A DNA stretch of 64,000 nt from Pyrinomonadaceae bacterium (GTDB lineage Bacteria > Acidobacteriota > Blastocatellia > Pyrinomonadales > Pyrinomonadaceae): NCBI GenBank assembly GCA_051002415.1, contig JBPCMI010000140.1, forward strand, positions 363 through 64,362, given 5' to 3'. Positions 27,251 through 36,243 of this stretch are shown in pieces. Numbering within the stretch: position 1 is the first letter of the stretch; each line of letters begins with the position of its first letter. The notes beneath the pieces are model-generated. The model saw only the letters and a list, made by a program, of their open reading frames with translations. It was not told the DNA's origin and searched no databases. Position numbers and translations under genes: made by a program.

Positions 27251-29167
27251 TTGAGTGAATTGCCTTCACAACGCGGGCGGACTCGGTGGCGACTAGGTGT
27301 CCTTGCGGCAGTAGCCATGGTCTGCTTAGCGCTGTTGCCACAGTTTCATCTTTGGGTTATCCGGGGGGACGACTGGCAGGGTACCTTCGTCTCGTTTGAT
27401 TTTGACGAGGTTGCATACGCTTCGTATTTGAATGCGCTAATTGACGGACGACCGCGTCGTAATGATCCCTATACCGGTCGTGACGATAGTCCTCAGCAAC
27501 CCCGCGCGGAATCACTGCATTCAATTCAATTTCTCGCGGCATATGCCGCAGCCTTGCCTGCTCGCGCTCTTGGCTTCTCCGCCGGAACAACTTTTATCAT
27601 TATCCGCGCGCTAGCCGCGTTTGCTTCGACGCTGGCGCTCTTCTGGTTATTGCTGTTGCTGACACGCGATCAGCACATCGCTGTGGCCGGCGCTGTTATC
27701 GTCCTTTGTCTCGGCGGAATCGCCGGTGAGACTCACAACGCCTGGCGCATTATTACGCTGCGCGGTACGGGAGAGTCGTTACCATTTCTGCGCGGCTATG
27801 TTCCGGCGCTAGTGTTCCCGCTTTTTTTCCTCCTTGTAGCCCTCGTTTGGCAAGCTTTGCAGAATCGGGCTCCTGTGCGGCGGGCAGCAGTTGCAGGCGT
27901 GGCCCTCGCGATTCTGATCTTTTCTTACTTTTTCCTTTGGACAGCGACGCTTGCCTGGCTGGTCTTGATCGCATTGCTTTGGTTAAGTACACCTCGCAAG
28001 GCTAAGCGAGATGCTCTCCTTGTTTTTGGGATCATCGGCGCCTGCGCTGCAATTACCCTCGTGCCTTACGCACTCCTGCTGGCGCGCCGCGCGCCGAGTG
28101 TTGACTCTGCACAACTGCTTACTCATTCGCGAATGCCGACCGTGAGTCTTCCGGTCATGATTGGTTTGCTTGTTTTAATCGTTCTGGTGATAGCCGTGCG
28201 ATGGCGCTGGCTGAGTTGGAGCACGCCATCCGTTCTCTTCACTGCATCATTCGCCCTCTTGCCGGTAGTCACTTTCAACCAGCAGGTGATCACCGGCTTG
28301 TTGTTACAACCTGTGCATTACGGTCGTTACGTTGCTAATTACGCAGGCCTGCTCGCAGTCTTCCTGGCTTTGGTGATGATCTGGGATCGAAAACAAACAA
28401 CCAGCTTCGCACCGCTTTTTGGAGTGCGCCGGCTTGACGGCGCTTTGGTTTTCGTAAGTCCTCCTCCAACTCGGGACAAAAAGCGGCGACTATTCTCCGC
28501 ACTCCAAAAACTGGCTTCCTGGGCCCCAAAACGAAAGCTATTGTTATTAACACTTGTGATTTTTGGCTGGGCAATGTTGGAAACTGGAGTGAGAAGCGCA
28601 AGGTTTGAAAGCCATAACATCGCGCGGGATGAAGCCGAACGCGTTGCCTGGCGACTGCGCGAGCTTTCTACCCAGCCACGAACATCCGGCGCTAACTATG
28701 AAGCGGTAGTTTTCTCTAGCGACATTTTGTTAGGTGACACTTTGCCGAACGTGGCGCCGCAGCCGGTGCTGTGGACGCCACATCTTTTTGTTTTCTCGGG
28801 TGCATCCGCGGAAGAGAATCGCGAACGGCTTTATCAACAGCTCTATTATTCCGGAACTGATGAGCAACAGTTCGCTGCCCTCGCCGGGAGCTCCAGCTTC
28901 TTGCAGCTGGCGCTCTTTGGTTGGGAACGGATGAATCAAAAAACTCATACGCTCGGTATCACGAGTGAAGATGTGCGACAGGAGACCTTGCACTTCGCGG
29001 AGTATGTTCGCGACTTCGATGCGCGGAAGGCAGCCACGCCGACACTTGAATTCGTAGTAGTGCCGGCGGCGAGTGGACCGTCATTAACAAATCTCGATCG
29101 CTGGTACGAACGAGATGTGGGAGAGAGGGTTGGCGACTACGTGATCTATCGAAGCCGGAGGAGATGA
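27251..29167 (+). CDS. GT-C/PMT-like polytopic membrane protein (intact paralogue)
   Basis: The first-loop motif FDFDEVAYASYLNAL resembles the GT39 (PMT) loop-1 DE motif (FDEVHFGKF...Y). Multiple TM helices and a C-terminal soluble domain. Confidence 0.55.
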   Translation: MSELPSQRGRTRWRLGVLAAVAMVCLALLPQFHLWVIRGDDWQGTFVSFDFDEVAYASYLNALIDGRPRRNDPYTGRDDSPQQPRAESLHSIQFLAAYAAALPARALGFSAGTTFIIIRALAAFASTLALFWLLLLLTRDQHIAVAGAVIVLCLGGIAGETHNAWRIITLRGTGESLPFLRGYVPALVFPLFFLLVALVWQALQNRAPVRRAAVAGVALAILIFSYFFLWTATLAWLVLIALLWLSTPRKAKRDALLVFGIIGACAAITLVPYALLLARRAPSVDSAQLLTHSRMPTVSLPVMIGLLVLIVLVIAVRWRWLSWSTPSVLFTASFALLPVVTFNQQVITGLLLQPVHYGRYVANYAGLLAVFLALVMIWDRKQTTSFAPLFGVRRLDGALVFVSPPPTRDKKRRLFSALQKLASWAPKRKLLLLTLVIFGWAMLETGVRSARFESHNIARDEAERVAWRLRELSTQPRTSGANYEAVVFSSDILLGDTLPNVAPQPVLWTPHLFVFSGASAEENRERLYQQLYYSGTDEQQFAALAGSSSFLQLALFGWERMNQKTHTLGITSEDVRQETLHFAEYVRDFDARKAATPTLEFVVVPAASGPSLTNLDRWYERDVGERVGDYVIYRSRRR

Positions 29168-29306
29168 AGTTTCAAGTTTCAAGTTTCAGGTTTCAGGTTT
29201 CAAGTTTCAGGGAATCACGCAGAACTAAACAACCTCGGAACCCTAAAGACGAAACCTTCTCTCTGGAACGCGAAACTTGAAACCTGAAACCTGAAACCTG
29301 AAACTC
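29168..29306. repeat. Inverted pair of GTTTCAG/GTTTCAA (29168-29212) and CTGAAAC (29271-29306) heptamer arrays between convergent genes
   Basis: agtttcaagtttcaagtttcaggtttcaggtttcaagtttcaggg ... cgaaacttgaaacctgaaacctgaaacctgaaactc. Starts right after the stop at 29165-29167 and ends 4 nt before the stop of the 29311 gene. Confidence 0.7.
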
Positions 29307-29310
29307 TCTT

Positions 29311-32300
29311 TTAAGGCAGCGCTTCCACGTTCACGAAGAAGCGGAACGTGCCACCCTGCTGTACCCCAAGCAAGAATCTCAGATCGATTGAAGCACCCGC
29401 GCCGAGCGGTGTTCCGAGCGTTACGGTGTCCATCGACAATGAGGAGTTCAGTCCACCCCCGATAATTTGATTAGGTGGTTCTTCCAGCGTGCTGCCTCTA
29501 AGCGTTAGTGCGCCGGTGCCGCACGGGTTGTTACCTGACGCGACTGGCACGTCGCTCGACGTGATCGCGCGTAGGTCAGCTGTTCCCGGCGGCGCAACTG
29601 CGGTTGTGATATCTACGATGCGGAACCGCAAGCGCGTAATGCTGCCGCCTGTATGGTTCGTGAACTTGCGCCGGATGTCGAGAGTTCCCAGTGAACCATT
29701 GAATACCGGAGTTAGGTCGCGAATCCGATTCGGACTAGCGCTGCTCTGAACACATGGGAAAACCAACGACGCTTTAATTGTTGCGTTGCGTTGAATAGGA
29801 CTTGAGAGGTTCTCCGGTCCCGGTGCTCCGAGGTGAGCGCCGGCACCGGCATCAGTAGCCTGGGTGTCGACGAACACAAAGTCCGCGGGGTTCACGTTAG
29901 TGTCCTTAGGTAGTCCTGATGACAGGTTGCGTACCCAGCTATGTTGCGAACTGATCGCGGGATTGAGCGCCGGATAGCCGGTGCCCTCTTTGTAAAGCGT
30001 GTTGGCTTCACTAGCCGAGCCTACAGCGTCAAGTCGATTAGCCAGTACAAAGTTAGAGGCAAGCGAAGTGTTGAATAACGCAATGCCGGCGTTATCCGGG
30101 ATGTCGTTCGTGTAGCTGATGTCGCCACTTGCAGACGTTCCATTGCCGGCTGGATAACCTGCCAGCGAATAGCCGAGCGAGTTGACGCCCAGGTAATGCC
30201 CGCGGGCGGGAATGACGGTACCGTTCGGAATAGTGAAGCGGGCGACGCCGTCGGAAGCTACAACCGACCAGCCGCTGGTACCGTCAGTCGTCGACACTAC
30301 GATTGCTGCGTTAGTGTTGTTGTAAATCTCAACAAACTCATCGGTTGCAGCTTGCGAAATAGTTCCGTTCGGCTCGGGTGAAGTACCTACAGGTCCAGGG
30401 CCACGTAACCGGAACTCGCTTATCAAAACAGACCCAAGGGGCTGAGCGCCGAGTGAAAAATAGGCAACGGGCATGTCATGATCCGAATTTCGCTCCGGGC
30501 GCGCGGCGTTAGAAACGAAGGCTGCCGCCGGGAATTCCGGAAAATCGGCGTTGTTGCGCGCGATCGCGATGCGCGTCTTGCGCCCGTTGGCTACCGTGTT
30601 GACGAGCACGTGATCGAGCGCCTGAGGCGTACCCTCGAAGATGAAACTGTAACGCTCGTCGGCCGGCAGGTCGTCAATCAAGTTAATGAAGTTCGGGTTC
30701 ACAAGATCGGGACTCTGATCAACGACGATCTGATCGTCGGGCGTCGGGTTGCCCTTGATAACAGAGAGGGGATCGGTGTAGCCGTCGTTGAATTGATAAG
30801 CGTTGTAGTCGCCGACGGAGATCACACTGGTCCCGGGGTTACCAGACTGCAAATCCTGCAGCAAGTCGGCTAGAAATTCGGCCTGTGCCGTGCGTTTGGC
30901 GCGGACGCGCGGACCCTCACCGGTAACCAACTCAATGTCGATGAACGAGCGTAGGTGGTTGACGACAACGATGACCGGCAAATTAACGCCAAGAGGCTGA
31001 ACGCGCGCGCGGAGTACGAGCGGCGGACGGTCGTTAAGATATGCGGGTTGCCCGTTGGTTGGGTCAATATAGGTATTGCAGGTAGCTGCGTTACCGAGGC
31101 ATCCGGCGAGTTCGATCTGCGTGACGCTATCGACTTGAACACGCGCGGTGTTGACGAGATAGCCAACGTCTTGATCGGCGTCTCCAGTCGTGCTGTCGGC
31201 TTCGACGAGGAAGGCTTGGTAAGAAACACCCGGCGCGATCGCGTTGACCTCGGCGGCGAGGGCTTGCAGACCGGTAAGTTCGAAGATTTCGGCATGCCCG
31301 ATGATGTCGGGCAGTTTCATCACGTCGCGGATGGCGAGCGCGGCTTTCTGACGTTGCGTTGCGTTGTTGTTAAAGTTTTCGATATTGAAACCGGCCACGG
31401 TAAATTCCGTCGACGTAGGGGTCGGCACCGGGACGGCGCTCATATTAGCCGAAGCGATTAAGCTGGTTTCGGGAATGAGCCGATACCGACCAAAAGCAAA
31501 ATCGAGCGGCCCTGCAATGCTCGAGAACGTCACGTTCGACGTGTAAGCATTGATCGCCGAGCCCGCTCGCCCGTTTGTATCCACGGACAAGCGTTCGGGG
31601 TTTTCGTCCCAGCGGGGAATGCAACAGTCAGGCGTGCCCGAAGTCGGATCTGGTGGCACCGGTTGCGAGATTTCAATGCCTGGCTCACGGAGCGGGCGCG
31701 GCACACTGCTGAGTACTGTATCAACGTCGAAAAACTCGTCATTCGGAGCTACCGTATTGAGCGAAGCGGAACTCATCCGCATGCCTTCATACTTTTCGAG
31801 TTGCGGCTGCGTGGGTGGCGCAGTTGGATCAAGGATGGTCGCAGTTAGCACGATGGCATCCGGTAGCCCGTTTCCCGTAGAGTTGACTATAACACTCGAA
31901 ACGGGACTGATCTCCGTCAACCCGTTAAACTCGACGGCAGTACCCGTCACGGTCACGTTGTCGCCGACAGCGACCGTCGGGACGGAAGTGGTGAAAACGA
32001 AGATACCTTCGGACGTGTTCGGGTCGGCGTCGTTAGTGGCCGTTGGCTCTTGCAAGAAGAAGCCGCTGGCCGCGCCGCCGTTGTTAGTGCTGGTCCTGAG
32101 CAACGTGACGATGCCCGTGGTCGTTACAGCCTGACCGGCGAGAGGCGACGTCGCGCCGCTACCCTGTATCTGGTTAATTTTGACGGGCGTGCTATTGATT
32201 ACCGTGAAGTCGAAGACGTAATCCAGCGCCATGTTGTTGGGCGTCCCGTCTTGATCCGCGACCTGGGCCGCCACGACTGTGACCGTGCAGATTTCGCCTT

Positions 32301-33312
32301 GCGTGAAGTCAACTGTCGGATCGAGGGTGTAGGTAGTCGTACCGCCGCTCAGACTGAACGCATGAGTTGAGCTCGCGGAGCAGCTAATGGTGAACGAACT
32401 ACCCGTTGCAGTGACAGGCTCGCTGAAAGTCACGCTAATGTTCGTGTTAACGGCGACGTTGAGCGCGTTGTCCGTCGGAACCGTGCTGGACACGGTTGGG
32501 GCGATGTCAACGGGCGGCCCGCCAGAAAAAGTCTGGCCGGTATTAGGCAAGTTCTGCGTGTGGGCAATCGAGGTGGCGTTCCAGGTGAAGTCGCCGTAGT
32601 TGTCGCCCGTGCCCTGTAACTGGAGCGATGTTCCGGCGGCATTAGTACCATCCTGGAAAACGCCGATGCTAGTGCAAGTCTGCCCGTTGGCGGGGCCATC
32701 CGTCGCTGCGAACGTGCCCTCGTAGCAGAGGAACTGGACGAGCGTGCCGTTATTGACGAGTGCGATGCCGTCCGGCGCACCATTTTGGATACCGTTCGAG
32801 GCGTAGGAAATTGAGACTGTGCCATAGCCACCCTGCTGGGAGGGTATGGGGGTGGGCAGCGAATCTGTATCGTATGCGAGGCCATTGCTCCCGTTGTAGA
32901 GCACAATTGTCCAGCCCGTCAGGTTCGTCCCCGCCGGTCCTGCAACCTCGACGAATTCGCCGGCGTCAGTACCCGTAATGTCGTACAAAATCTCGTTGAT
33001 GAAGACGGTAGAAAGGGTTCCTGCCACATTCGCTGTAATGTTCTTGCGCTTGACCAAACGCTGCGCGACCGCCACCGTGCCCGGAAGCGCGGGCTGAAGA
33101 AGAATAAACGCAGCCGTGATTAGTGCAACAAGTTGATTGTGCAGGGAAGCGCGATGTCCTCGGCCAAAGAGAGATGTAAACACAGGGTTGGTTCCTTTCG
33201 AGATGTTTGAATAGATCTTGCGGGCAGGCAGGAGAGAAACTTGCCCTTCGTTTCGTAATCGACAGAAGATTTCAGTTAAGCCCGAAGGGTAAAACGATCC
33301 TGACACCTCCAA
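29311..33312 (-). CDS. ExeM/NucH-type extracellular nuclease (P4) with an extra C-terminal LTD and the shared C-terminal module
   Basis: N-terminal LTD (VFINEILYD...GEFVEV...LTGWTIVLYNGSNG). Ig-like segment. EEP nuclease motifs (FNIENFNN, VVVNHLRS, GDYNAYQF, LDHVLVN, SDHDMPVAYF). Second LTD VLISEFRLRG...DEFVEIYN, then ...FRFFVNVEALP. The exact start is uncertain. Confidence 0.8.
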   Translation of the reverse strand: MEVSGSFYPSGLTEIFCRLRNEGQVSLLPARKIYSNISKGTNPVFTSLFGRGHRASLHNQLVALITAAFILLQPALPGTVAVAQRLVKRKNITANVAGTLSTVFINEILYDITGTDAGEFVEVAGPAGTNLTGWTIVLYNGSNGLAYDTDSLPTPIPSQQGGYGTVSISYASNGIQNGAPDGIALVNNGTLVQFLCYEGTFAATDGPANGQTCTSIGVFQDGTNAAGTSLQLQGTGDNYGDFTWNATSIAHTQNLPNTGQTFSGGPPVDIAPTVSSTVPTDNALNVAVNTNISVTFSEPVTATGSSFTISCSASSTHAFSLSGGTTTYTLDPTVDFTQGEICTVTVVAAQVADQDGTPNNMALDYVFDFTVINSTPVKINQIQGSGATSPLAGQAVTTTGIVTLLRTSTNNGGAASGFFLQEPTATNDADPNTSEGIFVFTTSVPTVAVGDNVTVTGTAVEFNGLTEISPVSSVIVNSTGNGLPDAIVLTATILDPTAPPTQPQLEKYEGMRMSSASLNTVAPNDEFFDVDTVLSSVPRPLREPGIEISQPVPPDPTSGTPDCCIPRWDENPERLSVDTNGRAGSAINAYTSNVTFSSIAGPLDFAFGRYRLIPETSLIASANMSAVPVPTPTSTEFTVAGFNIENFNNNATQRQKAALAIRDVMKLPDIIGHAEIFELTGLQALAAEVNAIAPGVSYQAFLVEADSTTGDADQDVGYLVNTARVQVDSVTQIELAGCLGNAATCNTYIDPTNGQPAYLNDRPPLVLRARVQPLGVNLPVIVVVNHLRSFIDIELVTGEGPRVRAKRTAQAEFLADLLQDLQSGNPGTSVISVGDYNAYQFNDGYTDPLSVIKGNPTPDDQIVVDQSPDLVNPNFINLIDDLPADERYSFIFEGTPQALDHVLVNTVANGRKTRIAIARNNADFPEFPAAAFVSNAARPERNSDHDMPVAYFSLGAQPLGSVLISEFRLRGPGPVGTSPEPNGTISQAATDEFVEIYNNTNAAIVVSTTDGTSGWSVVASDGVARFTIPNGTVIPARGHYLGVNSLGYSLAGYPAGNGTSASGDISYTNDIPDNAGIALFNTSLASNFVLANRLDAVGSASEANTLYKEGTGYPALNPAISSQHSWVRNLSSGLPKDTNVNPADFVFVDTQATDAGAGAHLGAPGPENLSSPIQRNATIKASLVFPCVQSSASPNRIRDLTPVFNGSLGTLDIRRKFTNHTGGSITRLRFRIVDITTAVAPPGTADLRAITSSDVPVASGNNPCGTGALTLRGSTLEEPPNQIIGGGLNSSLSMDTVTLGTPLGAGASIDLRFLLGVQQGGTFRFFVNVEALP

Positions 33313-33477
33313 ACCAAGATCTCTGGGAAGTTTGGTAAGCGCCGACGGTCAGCTTCGCCTTCTTATACCACACCGTATCTGGGGTGAATAGCTTTTGCAG
33401 TGAATTCGTGCGGTACGACTTAAGGCACTAAAGCCTTTTCTTTTCCAACCGCTCTCGACATGCACAGACGAATTCAC

Positions 33478-33756
33478 TTAAGAGTTTGCAGTCAACAAAC
33501 GATGCGCAGCGAGCGAATTCACCAGGCGTTCGACAGATGCTGTTGCGTGTTCCGCTGTCACGTCGTAGTGGTCCGTGATCTCGCGCGCAATATCGGCTGT
33601 GGTCTGACCGCGTTCTAGACCGCGCCAAACCAGCATCGCTGTCTCGTTCAGCGTGTAGTAACGCTTGGTATTAAGATCGACGAGCACGGCTTCACGGCCG
33701 TCGAACTCGGTATAAACAACGTGGCTGTGTGGCTGCGGTGTGGCGGAGGCGTTCAA
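33478..33756 (-). CDS. PqqD-family protein (RiPP recognition element-type)
   Basis: FDGREAVLVDLNTKRYYTLNETAMLVWRGLERGQTTADIAREITDHYDV...ERLVNSLAAHRLL is a typical PqqD winged-helix pattern. 21 nt downstream of the radical SAM gene. Start codon uncertain (TTG 33756). Confidence 0.8.
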   Translation of the reverse strand: MNASATPQPHSHVVYTEFDGREAVLVDLNTKRYYTLNETAMLVWRGLERGQTTADIAREITDHYDVTAEHATASVERLVNSLAAHRLLTANS

Positions 33757-33777
33757 GTGATCTCTTTCTAATTTGAT

Positions 33778-34872
33778 TCAGTCGCTGGTAGTGGCGGGCG
33801 CGACAATTACCGGCAGCGAGCGTCCGTTCACCCCTTGTGTGTTAACGCCCTCACTGCGCCAGGGGATTTTCCCAAAACTTTGCAAACAGAACAGACAAGG
33901 TGACCCCGTATAAAGGTCCGGTGTCTCGCCGCGTGCTGCGATGTCGGCTAAAGCTTGCCGGCGTCGTTCGAGTTGCTGCTGCGCCAGGGTTTTCAACCGC
34001 GTGTAGCCATCCGCAAAGCTCTCGCGATTCAGATCTGCCACCACATCCGGCTCCCCACCGGCGTTCCGATAACCTGCCAGATTGCAGCAAAGCGTTAAAC
34101 GACCGCGCCAATCGACATTACAACTGGTGGTTTTAAGCGGCGAACAGGGAACATCCGAATGGATGTCGTAGTAACCCGCGGCGATGCCGATCGGCATCTT
34201 CAAAATCTTTGCGAGTCCCACTACTTCCTGTTCCGCATGACGCTGTTCTTCGAGCGACAATGCCGACTCCTGCTCAGCTTCCGCCGATGTTGGCAATAAG
34301 TGCGAAAAATGAAGAGCAGCGGCGCCGAGCCGCGCGGCCAGTAAAGCGATCGACTCCAGCTCGGTCATCGTATCGCGGCGTATACCGACTTTGAACACAA
34401 ACGGAATGCTTTGCACATGACAGCGAGTTACCGCGCGGATCACGCGATCGAAAGATCCGGCGCCACGCCAGAAGTCGTGCGATTCGCGCGTTGCTCCGTC
34501 GATACTGAAAGCGACGAGACGAACTGCTTGCTTGTGCTCCATGATCGCCGGGTAAACGCGATCGAAGTGCCAACCATTTGTAACAAAGCTGCATTGCATG
34601 CCTTCACTTGCCACTGCTGCAATCATGTCGTTGAAGCGAGGATGGAGCGTTACTTCGCCGCCGGTGAAGGTAACGTAGTCAATCTGGTAAGCGTCGCGCG
34701 CTTCGCGAACGATCCGTCCGAGCAGCTCTGCGGGAAAGTAGTTAGCTTTGGTGTGATAGAGAGCGTCCTCATCGCGCATGCAATAGCTGCAATGGAGATT
34801 GCAGATATTCGTCAGCTCGACAGTTAAGCGAACTGGATCCTGGCGCTGGGGAACTTCGGTCGTCATGGTCAC
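33778..34872 (-). CDS. Radical SAM enzyme with C-terminal SPASM-type Cys-rich domain
   Basis: CNLHCSYC (CxxxCxxC) near the N-terminus. FTGGEVTLHP SAM-binding type motif. C-terminal Cys cluster CSPLKTTSCNVDWRGRLTLCCN...GSPCLFC. Confidence 0.85.
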   Translation of the reverse strand: MTMTTEVPQRQDPVRLTVELTNICNLHCSYCMRDEDALYHTKANYFPAELLGRIVREARDAYQIDYVTFTGGEVTLHPRFNDMIAAVASEGMQCSFVTNGWHFDRVYPAIMEHKQAVRLVAFSIDGATRESHDFWRGAGSFDRVIRAVTRCHVQSIPFVFKVGIRRDTMTELESIALLAARLGAAALHFSHLLPTSAEAEQESALSLEEQRHAEQEVVGLAKILKMPIGIAAGYYDIHSDVPCSPLKTTSCNVDWRGRLTLCCNLAGYRNAGGEPDVVADLNRESFADGYTRLKTLAQQQLERRRQALADIAARGETPDLYTGSPCLFCLQSFGKIPWRSEGVNTQGVNGRSLPVIVAPATTSD

Positions 34873-34881
34873 GAAACCTTT

Positions 34882-35943
34882 TTACTCTGTCATGTAGGGC
34901 GCGAGCAAGTTAGCGGCTCGCTCAGGCTGAAGCAACAGGTCACGACCAGCTGCCAGTTCGTAAGCACGGCATTGATTTGCCAGCCGGGCCAGGACTCGCA
35001 AGTAGCTGGGCGCCGTATACGTGTCGTAAGTGGCCCAGGGACAGTGTCGCACGAGCTGCTCCATTGCGGCGCGAGCTCCGATCTCGTTGATCCTCGTCTC
35101 ATCCGACAAGACCACTCGCGGGAAGAAGAGCGCGCGCGGTTGGCAACTGGCCGCTCGGCTCTCAGGAAAAACTGTTTCCGGTTCCAGGCGGCGCTTGGAG
35201 GGATCGGATGCCACGGGAGGACCCAGGGCGGCGCTCAACTTCATGCTACTGCTACCAACCACCGAAGTGTCAGCCACCGCAAACAAGCGGCGCAGCCCTT
35301 CCGCTTCGAGCGAAGTAGGAGTTTCACGCAACACCACCATGTCATCCGACAAGTAGCGCCAGCCTGCTTCCGTGAGACGCAACGTCAACGTCGTCTTGCC
35401 GCTTCCTGAAGCGCCAACAAAAAGGGCGCCCGTTTGCGAAATCGGCTCGAGGGCGCCGGCGGCATGCACGTCGAAAACTCCGGCGCGACGCAATGCGGCT
35501 TGCAGCCCATAGGAAAACGCGTTGACCAGCGCGACCGGATGTCGCGCGTGTTCGCTTACCCCAAACCAGACTTCAACTAATCGATCATCGGGTACCGAGA
35601 TGTGAATCAGCGATTCATCTACAGCCAAAAAATACTGGCTGCCATCCGTGAAGCACTCGCCGCGATTGATCGCGAACGATTGCAATCCAGACGGGATGAT
35701 CGGAAGCGACGCGCGTCTTACTGTCAGCGTGATTGAGGGCTGGTCAACGGGAGCAACCGTGTGAACCAGGTGAAAACCCTTCAGGAAACTGGCGACCCAG
35801 TGCGCTTCCCAATCACCGAGGGTGTGGACGCGAAGGAGGCGGTCGGCAATATTGTAGTGACTAATCAGGCCAGAAGTGGTGTTAGCTTGAAACTGCGACT
35901 CGAGCACTTCGTCGGGTACGGACCGAATGCGAGGAACCTGCAA
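34882..35943 (-). CDS. HPr-kinase-like (HprK-related) putative peptide kinase
   Basis: Walker A FVGASGSGKTTLTL followed by YLSDDMVVL, as in the HprK C-terminal domain. ~350 aa. TTG start 3 nt after the stop of precursor A, in the same frame. Confidence 0.7.
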   Translation of the reverse strand: MQVPRIRSVPDEVLESQFQANTTSGLISHYNIADRLLRVHTLGDWEAHWVASFLKGFHLVHTVAPVDQPSITLTVRRASLPIIPSGLQSFAINRGECFTDGSQYFLAVDESLIHISVPDDRLVEVWFGVSEHARHPVALVNAFSYGLQAALRRAGVFDVHAAGALEPISQTGALFVGASGSGKTTLTLRLTEAGWRYLSDDMVVLRETPTSLEAEGLRRLFAVADTSVVGSSSMKLSAALGPPVASDPSKRRLEPETVFPESRAASCQPRALFFPRVVLSDETRINEIGARAAMEQLVRHCPWATYDTYTAPSYLRVLARLANQCRAYELAAGRDLLLQPERAANLLAPYMTE

Positions 35944-35946
35944 TTG

Positions 35947-36129
35947 TTAGGTTGTAGCACTTTCGATGGTCGGCGCCTGGAAGAAGGTGGTTGCTTCCAG
36001 AACATCGGCGGGCACCGAAACGGGCGGCTCGACAAACGGCTTCTTGCTGGTTGGCTCAGTGGCAGCTTCAGTTAGACGGTCTTGGTCGTTGAGCTGCTCG
36101 TGGCCCGGAACAATTGGTTGTTTACTCAA
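35947..36129 (-). CDS. Putative RiPP precursor peptide A (60 aa, TTG start)
   Basis: GGGAGG 9 nt upstream of TTG. Sequence SKQPIVPGHEQLNDQDRLTEAATEPTSKKPFVEPPVSVPADVLEATTFFQAPTIESATT. Paralogous to 36244-36414. The shared 13-codon block differs only by synonymous changes. Confidence 0.65.
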   Translation of the reverse strand: MSKQPIVPGHEQLNDQDRLTEAATEPTSKKPFVEPPVSVPADVLEATTFFQAPTIESATT

Positions 36130-36172
36130 AGCTGCAGCCTCCCTGAAATCATTAATTGCGTCTTAGCTTCGC

Positions 36173-36211
36173 TGCCGGCACAAGTCAGAGATCATATGGC
36201 TAGTGCCGGCA
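36173..36211 (-). promoter_or_regulatory. Intercistronic stem-loop between the two precursor genes
   Basis: tgccggcac (36173-36181) and gtgccggca (36203-36211): perfect 9-bp stem, 21-nt loop, no U-tract. Possible mRNA processing/stability element. Confidence 0.4.
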
Positions 36212-36243
36212 ATTAAGCAGACACACACACGCAAACGTGAACG

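Noticed and set aside
1088-33312. Numerous 60-200-aa ORFs antisense to or out of frame within the large CDSs (for example 1922-2308(-), 4210-4824(+), 13966-14310(+), 20558-21079(+), 22310-22789(+), 31550-32134(+), 45042-45827(+))
   Set aside because: They are shadow ORFs typical of GC-rich coding sequence. Their composition is Arg/Ala/Pro-rich and low-complexity, they have no motifs, and they are fully contained in well-supported genes.
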